Part shown: positions 50,584 to 61,064 of the stretch, one piece after another
Position numbering within the stretch: the first letter of the stretch is position 1
Layout of the letters: every line of letters starts with the position of its first letter
From: Malacoraja senta
Lineage: Eukaryota
Assembly (NCBI GenBank): GCA_038087875.1
Contig: CM075994.1
Location: 7,752,001-7,816,000, forward strand
Direction: 5' to 3'
Length of the DNA: 64,000 nt
The notes under the pieces: model-generated
Databases searched by the model: none
What the model saw: only the letters and a program-made list of their open reading frames with translations
Told to the model about the DNA's origin: nothing
Program-made: the position numbers and the translations under genes

Positions 50584-51795
50584 ACACCCCAACATTACTG
50601 ATGCCCCATCAGACGTAAACATCACCATTTTATGGAGGTCAAGATTTTTCTCTTCATAAAACTGCTTGATTGCAGAAACAAATGAAGAAGCATCACACGC
50701 CTGCAACTGAATTATTCCGCCAAAACATGTTTGATACACAGTACAATCTTTAGATCTGAATTTGATTTGAAATACAGAATGAGACATTTGTTGACAGATA
50801 TGTCTGTGGTTTCATCAACTGTTAATGTATGAAAATCTGCTGATGCTATTTTTTCAAACATGTTTTTCTGGACAATATAGTTGATAGTTTCCAGAAATTC
50901 AAATGCATAATTTTTGCTTCGCCAGCTGTCTGGTTGAACATACTTTTCCATATGCTCATTAATGTGTTGAACTAAATGTAAAGAGTTATTCATTTTAACA
51001 ACTAACAACACATTATCGATAAGAACTTTGATCTGCTCTGTGTTTGATCGTTTTCGCTCTCGATCATCCGCACTCTCAAGTAGTATGCGTAGCACTCCAG
51101 TAACAGGTAATGATGGGTTTTGTCGCCTGAGCTTTTGTACAGCATCCAAATGCAATTTACTCACCAAATGCCTCTTCATAAAGTCAAGCTTCCAATTATC
51201 ATCCCACTTCTTTCCATTAGCTAATCCTTTGAATTTGACATGGTGGATCACAATTTCTTTCAATGAAAACTCAATAAGCTAGCTACAGAATTTGAAATGG
51301 ATCTTTGTAAACTGTACAATAAAGTCAATATGATTATGAGATATTTACAAATGTATAGATTATATACTGTATAATACTGTATAATTATTGATTACTACAT
51401 TTTAGATAACATTGTAGTGTCTATGGCATACAGACTCTTGAATGCTTGAATGAAAGTGGCCCTGGCCCTCCCCCGCGTGAAGTGCGGACCGCATGCGGCG
51501 CCCGCGGACTGGATGCGGCCCGCGAAAGGGTCCAATTGATGATTTCCCCGATGCCAGAGCGGGGCTGCAGCTATCCCCAGTGTCGGATCGGCCCGCGGAT
51601 TTTGAAATTCGGAAAAACAAAAAAATTCTCAGCTATAAAATTTCTCCGCTATCATTTATAGCAGAGAAATTTTATAGCGGAGATTTTATTTTCCGAATTT
51701 CAAAATCCGCGGAAATCCTTTTGTGCGCACATAAATTTTCTTTGTGCGCTGGTTGCAAAACATGTGTGCACGCACACAGCTTAGAGGGAACATTG
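50584..51795 (-). mobile_element. hAT transposon 5' part with transposase pseudogene
   Basis: Terminus CAATGTTCCCTCTAAG at 51795; ORFs 50712-51263 and 50485-50787 carry TLTVDETTDIS and FTSDGASVMLG, the first two catalytic-Asp motifs of hAT transposases. Confidence 0.85.
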
Positions 51796-51967
51796 CTTGC
51801 CAAAGGATGACATAAGCCCTGTAAACATCACGAGATTTTGCTAACACAAAAATGACTCAAAAATGCATTTACATATGATTAGCTTATTTATCACTATTTC
51901 TCTCGGAACCCCTAGCGACCTCTCATGGAACCCTAGTGTTCCGGGGAACCCTGGTTGAGAAACATTG
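51796..51967 (-). mobile_element. hAT/Charlie-like terminal fragment
   Basis: Minus-strand terminus CAATGTTTCTCAACCAGGGTTCCCCGGAAC with GGAACCC subterminal repeats. Confidence 0.65.
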
Positions 51968-54091
51968 GTGTAGAGAGTAAAGGAGAGGGGAGAGTACGCA
52001 GCCTTGTGGTGCTCCTGTGTTTGCGGGTCTGAGATGTGCTTTCCCAGCCTCACATGCTGCTTTCTGCCTGTCAGGAAGTTGGTGATCCACTGACAGAGGG
52101 GTTCAGGCACAGTCAACTGGGAGAGTTTGGAGTGTAGTAGCTCTGGCACAGTGGTGTTGAATGCAGAGCTAAAATCCACAAACAAAATCCTTGCATAGGT
52201 CCACTGGCGGTCTAGGTGCTGGAGGATGAAGTGCAGGCCTAGGTTGACTGCGTCATCCATAGATCTATTGGCCCGGTATGCCAACTGCAGGGGGTCCAGC
52301 AGGGGGTTTGTGATATTTTTCAGGTGGGCCAGCACAAGTCTTTCAAGGGTTTTCATGATTACAGTGCGACAGGCTTGTAGTCATTAAGACCAGTAATCCT
52401 TGGCTTTTTGGCTACAGGAACAATAGTGGAGACTTTGAAACAGGCAGGGACAGTGCAGGTTTGCAGGGATTGATTAAAAAAGTCTGTGTAGACTGGTGCC
52501 AGTATTTCGGCACCGAGCTTGAGGGTAGAGAGGGAAACGTTGTCTGGTCCTGGAGATTTCCGGCTTTTCTCTCTCCTGAATAGCTTTTCCTCCTGCTCAA
52601 TTTGATGGAGAAATGGCCAGACTGATGTTGGGCAGCAAGGAGGGGGTGGGTAGTGGACGAGGGTCCAGTCTTTGCAGACTGGAGTCAGGCTGTTAGTAGG
52701 TGTGAAGTGGTGATTGGGGTTATGTTTCTGTCTATCAAACCTGTAGTAGAACTCGTTCAGGTCGTTGGTCAGCTGACGATTGTCCAAGGAGCGAGGGAGA
52801 GGTGGTTATCCTCTTTGAGCTGACGATTGCTTGCAAGCCCTTCCACACTGAAGATGAGTCATTAGCTGAGAACTTGTTCCTCAACTTCTCAGATTACCTT
52901 TCCTTCGCAGCTCTGATTCCTCTTCTCAGCTTGTACTTGGCCTGCCTGTAGAGGTCTGCATCCTTGCTCCAGTAGGCCTCGTCTTTAGACTGGCAGAGCT
53001 GTGCGAGTTCTGCTGTAAACCAGGGCTTGTCGTTGTTGAACCAGATTCGGGTTCTAGTGGGAATGCAATTGTCCTCACAAAAGCTGACATATGATGTCAT
53101 GATGTCTGTATATTAATCAAGGCTTGTGGTTGCTTCCCTGAACACATTCCAATCAGTGCAGTCAAAGCAGGACTGTAGGTTTCGAATGCCCTTGCTTGTC
53201 CACTTTTTCCATTGTTCTGACCACAGGCTTAGCAGATTTTAGTTTCTGCCTGTAGGTTGGAATAAGGTGAACTAAACAATGATCAGAGAGACCCAGAGCC
53301 GCATGGGGAACAGAGCGATATGCGTTCTTAATTGAAGTATAACAATGATGGAGTGTTCTCTCCCCTCTGGTGGGGCAGGTAATGTGATGTCTGTATTTTG
53401 GAAGCTCTCGGCTGAGGTTAGCCTTGTTAAAATCCCCCAAAACGATGACCATCGACTCCACAATCATGGACCATGGACCATATACTTCGACCTTCATCCA
53501 AAGAAAACAATCCAAGTATATCTAATCCCCTTTCAGCTAGTATTCTCTAATCCAGGCAGCATCCTGCTAAACCTCTTCTGCACCCACTTCAAACCTTCCA
53601 CATCCTGCAATGCAGTGATCAGAACTGCATATAGTACCCCAATGTGGCCTCAGCAAGGCTTATACATTTGCAACACAACATCCTAACTTTTATACACCAT
53701 GCTCTGACCAAGAACCCCTAGATCCCTCTGTACTTCAATGCTGCTAAGGGATATACCATTTACTGTATAATTTCACCTTACATTTAACCTCCCATTGTGT
53801 AACAACACACATTAGTTTGGATTAAACTCCATTATTTATCTGTTCATATCTCCAACCAAATCTACATCCTGCTGTTTCTTTTGTGAATCTTCCTCACTAA
53901 CCACAACTCCATTATTTTATCATGTAAACCAGTCAATCCATCTACATTTTCATTGTTTTATTCCCTCTTTTACCTCCCCTTCTTCCACCCATATCACTTC
54001 CTCTGGCTTTAGCCTTTGGAGATACAGCGTGGATACAGGCCCTTCAGCCCACCTCATCTGCACACACCAGCTGTAACTAACTCTGTAAACT

Positions 54092-54230
54092 TCTTCTTCT
54101 TGCGTATGGCGTGCACAGCCTAAAGTTGTAGGACAACTTGTTCTATTTGATCTTACTTGATTGTGCACGCCAGGTTGATTGCATTCGTCGAAACAGGGTG
54201 GACCACATGAAGGTTGCAATCTCCCACCCC
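54092..54230 (-). mobile_element. Short non-autonomous retroposon with (GAA)n tail and 5' HDV-like ribozyme, copy 2
   Basis: TSD ACTCTGTAAACT at 54080-54091 and 54231-54242; inserted in the V-SINE; near-identical to 5195-5335. Confidence 0.9.
54177..54230 (-). ncRNA. Putative minimal HDV-like self-cleaving ribozyme, copy 2
   Basis: P1 GGGGTGG/CCACCCT (G1-U wobble, otherwise Watson-Crick), P2 GATTGCA/TGCAATC, P3 ACC/GGT, L3 TTCATGT, J4/2 CGAA. Confidence 0.8.
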
Positions 54231-54824
54231 ACTCTGTAAACTAACACTATCCTACACACTAGGGGCAATTTTTTTTACAACTTACCAAAGTAAATTAGCG
54301 TATAACCCTGTACGCCTTTGGAATATGGGAGGACACCGGAGCACCCGGATCAACGCACACGGTCACAGGGAGAACAAATAAACTGCGTGCAGATAGCACC
54401 TGGGTCAAGATCGAACCTGGGTCTCTGACTCTGCAGCAACTCTACCGCTGAGCCAACATTTCACTTTTTTTTCCTTATCTGATACTCTTTGTCTCCTTTT
54501 CACCTCCAGCCTTTGTCACTTGTCACCCATCTGCTAATCATGCTACCATCACTTGTATCCACCTATAATTTGCTCGGCTTTTCCCATCTCCACCCCTCTT
54601 TTCCAGTTTTGTTATTCCGAGTATCTTGCTGTCTGTCCATTTCCTCCACAGATGCTGCCTGGCCCATTGAGTTCCTCTAGCACTTTGTGATTTGCATAAG
54701 ATTCCAGCATCTGCAGTTTCTTGTGTCTCAATATTATTATTACTCTACTTCTTCCTTACATATTTATTCCCATTTTACATGTGCCAAGGCACTGTAGTTT
54801 ATTAACTTCAATCAAATAGATTGA

Positions 54825-56912
54825 ACTGCACGTGGAAACCTTCACTGCACGTGGAAACGAAAAGCTATGGATGACAGCAGAGGTGCGCTCGCTGCTGAGG
54901 GCTCGTGATGCAGCCTACAGAGCCGGTAACACAGCCGCTCTTCGATCTACCAGGACTGCACTGGAAAAAGGAATCAGGGCAGCGAAACGTGCCTATGCGG
55001 GGGAAATCCAGGGACACCTCTGTGACACAGGAGACACCAGGAGGATGTGGAAGGGAATCCAAACACTGACGGGGTACAGGGCAAGGCAGCAGGTAACTGA
55101 CATGGATTCTTCTCTCCCAGATGAACTGAACAACTTCTTCGCTCGTTTTGATGCAGCAAACACCACACCCAAGGGGAGAGCCAGCCCCTGCTTACAAACC
55201 GACCAGCCAGTCCTGACCATAGACCCGATGGACACACGGAGAATCCTGTCTAAGGTCAACCCGTGGAAAGCAGTCGGACCCGATAACATCCCAGGATGTG
55301 TGCTTAAGGAATGTGCTAAGGAGTTAGCATATGTGCTAACAGATCTATAACATCTCCCTCAGTCAAGCCATTGTCCCCACATGCCTCAAAACATCTACAA
55401 TAATCCCCATAGCGAAGAAACCAGTTGTTGCCTGCCTAAATGACTACCGCCCTGTCGCCCTGACCCCAATAATAATGAAGTGTTTTGAACGCCTGGTGAA
55501 ACCCCACATTACTGCCAGCCTCCCCTCATCGTTAGACCCCCTCCAGTTTGCCTATCGCCCCAACCGTTCTACAGAGGATGCCATCTCTACCACGCTGCAC
55601 ACAGTGCTCACGCATCTGGAAAACCGAAACACATAGCCAGAATCCTGTACATTGACTTCAGCTCAGCGTTCAACACCATCATCCCACAGAGACTTGTGGA
55701 GAAACTAACCCTGCTGGGCCTCAACACCACCCTGTGTCACTGGATCTTGGACTTTCCGACAGAGAGACCGCAGTCAGTCCGTGTTGGCAAGAACACTTCA
55801 GGCTCGATCACGCTGAGCACCGGCTCCCCTCAAGGCTGTGTGCTCAGCCCGCTGTTGCTCACATTGCTCACACATGACTGTGCTGCCAGATTCAGGGACA
55901 ATAAGATCATAAAATTCGCGGATGACACAACAGTGGTGGGACTCATCAGCGGAGATGATGAATCAATGTACAGGGAGGAAGTAAAACAACTAGTGGACTG
56001 GTGCGGCAAAAATAATCTAGAATTAAATGTCGACAAAACAAAGGAGATGGTTGTCGACTTCAGGAGGGCGCAGCCAAAGCATGCACCCCTTAACATCAGT
56101 GGCGCCACAGTGGTGAGAGTGGAGAGCATAAAGTTCCTCGGGGTGCAAATTACAGACAGCCTCACCTGGTCCAGGAACATCACTGGGACCGTCAAACGGG
56201 CCCATCAGCGACTGCACTTCCTGAGGAAACTAAAACAGGCCTCACTCCCCACCAACATCCTCAGGACTTTTTACAGGGGTACGGTGGAGTCTGTACTCAC
56301 GTACTGCATAAATACGTGGTACTCCACCTGCAACTGCTCGGACAGGAAGGCTCTGCAGAGGGTAGTGAAGGGAGCAGAGAAGATCATTGGCGTCTCCCTA
56401 CCCTCGGTACAAGAACTGTTCCAGAGCCGCTGTCGGAAAAAAGCTCAGAGAATTGCTAAGGACAAACTGCACCCCCTCCACATACACCTGGATCTCTTGC
56501 CATCAGGCAAGAGATATTGCAGCATCAAAGCCCGGACTACAAGACTGCTAAACAGCTTCCTGCCATATGCTGTGAGGCTGCTAAACAGCCACTCTGTACT
56601 CACAGTCACCTGATTCTGCGGCTTGGCACGGACACTTTAATAACTGGCACTGGCCACTTCAATAACTGGCACTGGCCACTCAAATCAGCCACCCCGGACA
56701 TGTTTATGATTGGTTTTACTGTATTTTAACATTGTTTTTACCTACTTTTTAACTATTTATACTGTTCCATCAGGGACTGGATTGTTTTTAGTGTTATTAT
56801 GTGTGAAATGTTTTAAATTTCATGTGCGATGCTCCGGTATTCCCTGGGAAACGTCTTTTCATTTTGCACTGTACAACTGTTGCTTGCAAGATGACAATAA
56901 AGGTTGATTTGA
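54825..56912 (+). mobile_element. 5'-truncated Rex1/Babar LINE, relatively intact RT
   Basis: ORFs 54832-55350 and 55696-56613 ([24 protein letters not shown]); 3' end CAATAAAGGTTGATTTGAT. Confidence 0.93.
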
Positions 56913-59399
56913 TAGCCTGGACTGCTCCAGGGCAGCTACTCCATTTCTTAAATATTCTTGTTAATCAGTATAGCCACACCACCCAGTGCACACTTGTTTT
57001 TCTTCCCTACCTTTTGTTGCACACTTTAATATCCAGGAATATTTAATACTCCATCTTCCGCGTTTTTAAAGCCAGATCTCCGCTATTGATAAATGGTTAA
57101 AATAACAGCAAAAAAACAAACTGCTGGAGGAACACAGTGAGTGAAGCAACATTTGTACAGGGAAAGGAAGGATTGTGTTTTGGGTCGAGACACTGCATCA
57201 GGACTAGCAGCATAGAGAGAGGATAGCCAAAATAAAGGGGAGAGGGAGAGGAATGAGGCAGGGTTTGGTAAGTGTAAATTGCACCTGGAAGTGATGGGCT
57301 GATAGAGCCAACTGGGTAGGGGGTTGGAGTTGGATTGTATTCCAGACTGCAGCAATTGCATTCTCTTGTGTCTGCCAACATTACAGGCTGTCACAGCTCT
57401 TAGAAATTGAAACTGACCATTACTATCATTACAGGATCCAAATAGCAGTCACTGTGTTTTCTAAATAATAACACTCCCTTCATGTACAATTAATCTGCAA
57501 TCACCAATACAAACTGATAATGATAAATGTAATGCTTAAAGGGAGCTTGCATGATTCTTTTATTTAGCATATTACAACCACCATGTTGGACTAATAGCTG
57601 ACCTTTGATCACAGTTAGTCGCCCCTTAATTTTCCTGAAACTGGTCAAGTTACTGATTAATTCCGAGAGCTTAAGAACCATGGTAACAATAGTTGGGAAA
57701 CCTAAACAAATGTTCACAGTCTGAAGATGGGTCTCGACTTCACGTTTTCCTTTTCTCCAGAGATGCTGTCTGACCTGCTGAGTTACTCCAGCTTTTTGTG
57801 CCCATCTTCAGTTTAAACCAGCATCTGCAGTTCCTTCCTATACAAATGCTCACATGACCGGGCTTGCTTTGTGGGGTGGGGAGGGAGTGGAGAACACTAA
57901 TTCTAGGAGTGTGATCAGGCCCGGAAGCAACAATGAAAGAACCTATAGAGAAGTGCTTTTAAGATATGGTTAACTGCTTCTGAATTCTGCAGAAGTGACA
58001 ATATTATCTTTGCTCAAAGATAATGGCAGACAATGCCAGCACGCAGAAATATCTGAAGAACTTTCAGACCAGGGTTAAAAATTGCATTCACAAGTACGAG
58101 TCCAGTTAGGAAATTACATTTTAAAGGTATCGCATTGTTAAATTCCCTGCCAATATCTTGATATTGCTATTGATCAGATAGGGACACTTACTTACTGTGC
58201 AAAAACACAGTGCAAGAGTAACTCAGCGCGTCAGGCTGCATCCCAGGAAAACTTGGATAGATGATATTTTGAGTCAGGAGAGTCCCGACCAGAAACCTTG
58301 CCCATCCATGTTCTCCAGAGATGCAATTTGATCCACTGAGTTACTCTACTCCAGCACTGTATTTTTTGCTCAAGATTCCAGCATCCGCAATTTCTTCTCT
58401 ACATATTTTCTGTGCATACAAGAGCACATCAGAAATTGGAAAATAATTCAATTTGTGACTATAAAGCCTTTTCATCGGTTATGATGCACTATTCAGGGTT
58501 GCCAGGGAATTTTCTTCTATCTTGATGAATGCACTTCCAACCATGTTGAAGAAATTAAACTTCATCCAGGAGAAAATAACCTTGACTGGAACCTGTATCT
58601 TTTTGACTTACTAAATGCTATTCCATTTACAAAACGGGCAACAAGAGCCTGCTAGAGATTCTTCAAAAAGACCTGGCCGTTTTGTCATTAGAAACACTGG
58701 GTAGCTAATGCATGGGACTGCACCAACTATAAAGGCACCTCTAAATTACACGCAACCTTAACATTGATAAACAACTTTTCTTCAATACTCTATCTTAAAG
58801 TTCAAGTAGTCTTTATTTGAGCAACACTGTAGAAGTACCTTTATGACAACCGCTAATGAGATAGGAAGGGCAATGCTCCATCGACAAGGGTAATTGGGGA
58901 TGATCATTTATTATTATTGAACAGCTGGTGAAACCAGATTCTGAATCATTAAAAATAAAGAAAAATACACATTATGTAACAGTTCACAAATTACTTTCCC
59001 TCTATTGCTGACCATTCCAGTATCATCTTGAATATATTGTGAATGTAACCCAATCAAATCATAATTTCCAGCCATTTTTTATACCCAATCAAGAGGAAAC
59101 TCTACTAAATCAGCTAATCAGCCTTTGCTTGTCCTACTTCTCCAGTACAGTGTTCTCGAATATCTTTGGCCAAGTTTTTTTGAAGGCTGCATCCCTGTTT
59201 TTGAGGAGGCTGTCGATAACCCTAAAGGATGATCTCTTGCAGTTCTGACCCCAAGTGGCTTTGTGTCTAATTTCATCACCTGGCCATAAATTTCCTGAGA
59301 TAGTTAACTGGTGGAGAGGAGTTGTGGGTTACAAGTGCTTTCATCCTCAGAGAGAGCAAATGATTTGTGATCCATAAAGCTACTGCAGTTCACCTGGGC

Positions 59400-60300
59400 A
59401 TTAGCAGATGGTGTAGTCAAGCAATCTTATACCTGGAATGGGTAGATTGTCTTGTCAGAAAAAGTTTGACAGGCTACACTGTATCTGCTGGTTTTTAAAA
59501 GAGCGAATGGTACCTTGATTGAAATAAAAAAGATCCTGAGGGGCTTTGATGTGGTGGACGTAGAAGGGATATTTCCTCTTGGGGATGAATGTAGAACTAG
59601 TGGCCACTCTAAAAATAAAAGCTATCTACAAGACAGAAGTGAGATAAATTTACTTTTCCCCTCAGAGTCGAGTCTATGGAAGTCTCTTCCACAAAGAAAG
59701 GTGAAAGCGGAGTCTTTGGGTTTTGTTAAGAACAAGGTAGATTAATGATAAGCAAAGGAGTGAAATTCTGCTGTGGGTAAACATGAAGTTGAGGTTCAGA
59801 TCAGCCATGATCTTTTTGAGCTGGTTTAAGGGGCAGTGTGGCCACTGTTGCTCTGAATTCATACATTTTTATAAGTGAATGCTTCAAATATGTGGGGAAA
59901 GTGTGCCATGAGGTTGAATAGTTGGCAGTGTGCATAAATAGAACGGAATAGATCGAGTAGTAGACACACAGCGTCCCTTGCCCAGAGTAGGGGAATCAAG
60001 AACCAGAGGACATAGGTTTAAGGAGAGGGGGGAAAGATTTAATAGGAACCTGGAAGGCAATTTTTTTACACAAAAGGTGATGGGTATATAGAACAAGCTG
60101 CCGGAGGAGGTATTTGAGGCAGATACTATCACAACGTTTAAGAAACAGTTAGACAGGTACATGGATAGGACAGGTTTAGAGCGATATGGGCCAAACGCAG
60201 GCAGATGGGAATAGTGTCAATGGGACATGTTGGTTGCTGTGGGCAATTTGGGCTGAAGGGCCTGTTTCCACGCTGTAAGACTCTACAACTGCATGACTCT
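59400..60300 (+). mobile_element. Two old CR1 3' fragments in tandem
   Basis: Degenerate ORF2 C-termini (IFPL...RT.GH) and CR1-type 3' UTRs. Confidence 0.65.
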
Positions 60301-60883
60301 AAATAGATGTGAGTATGAACCTTTGGGGAAATGGGAAGTATGTCAAGTTGTGTTAACATATGAGTCATGACTGATAGAGATTATTATTGATGAGTTATGG
60401 GGGTGTCCAAAATGGATCAGCATGTGAGTCAAACTGACTAACATCTGCTATCAGCTGTAGTGTGTTCTAATCCTCCCACACTGTGAAACGATTTCCAGCA
60501 GTAGTTGGAGGCAACTTGCTCTTGACCCAAAATGTCACCCATTCTTTCTCTCCAGAGATGCTGCCTGTCCAGTTGAGTTACTCCAGCTTTTTGTGTCTAT
60601 CATCTGTTGCTGATGCTAGCAACAACCAAAGATGCACACCATGCAACAGTGTATTTGGTGCTGACTGAGCACTGCAATTGTTATAATAGTAAAATTCCCA
60701 GGAGCCAAGAAGACAGCAAAAAGTGGTGAACACGGCCCAGTCCATCACGGGTTCTGACCTCCCCACCATCGAAGGAATTGACAGGAATGCTGCCACAAAA
60801 AGCCAGCCAGCATCACCAGAGACCCTGGTCACACACTCATTTCACCCCTGCCATCGCGAAGAAGGTACAGGGGCCTGAAAACT

Positions 60884-61006
<123 letters not shown>

Positions 61007-61064
61007 TAGAATGTGGGACCCGTTGGGTCCCAGGTTCACACGGGAGGTTACAAGTTACATCAGG

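Larger units (their letters stand above)
47765..53455 (-). mobile_element. Rex1/Babar LINE fragmented by nested insertions (pieces 47765-48445, 50433-50583, 51968-53455)
   Basis: VLGDFNKANL, LSDHCL, LDPLQLAYR and [10 protein letters not shown] motifs in colinear order across the interruptions. Confidence 0.88.
54012..54457 (-). mobile_element. HE1-like V-SINE (tRNA-derived head, V core, CR1-like tail)
   Basis: Minus strand: A-box-like GGCTCAGCGGTAGAG, B-box GGTTCGATC, V-core CCGGGTGCTCCGGTGTCCTCCCA, tail GGGCTGAAGGGCCTGT. Confidence 0.78.

Noticed and set aside
50485..51263. Domesticated hAT-derived gene (ZBED/ZNF862-like)
   Set aside because: Frameshifted, truncated, retains a TIR and is nested within a LINE.
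54390..54457. tRNA gene
   Set aside because: Degenerate tRNA-derived SINE head joined to a V core; no cloverleaf.
58430..59300. Possible exons of a neighbouring gene in non-repetitive sequence
   Set aside because: No recognisable peptide or convincing splice-site pair found by eye.
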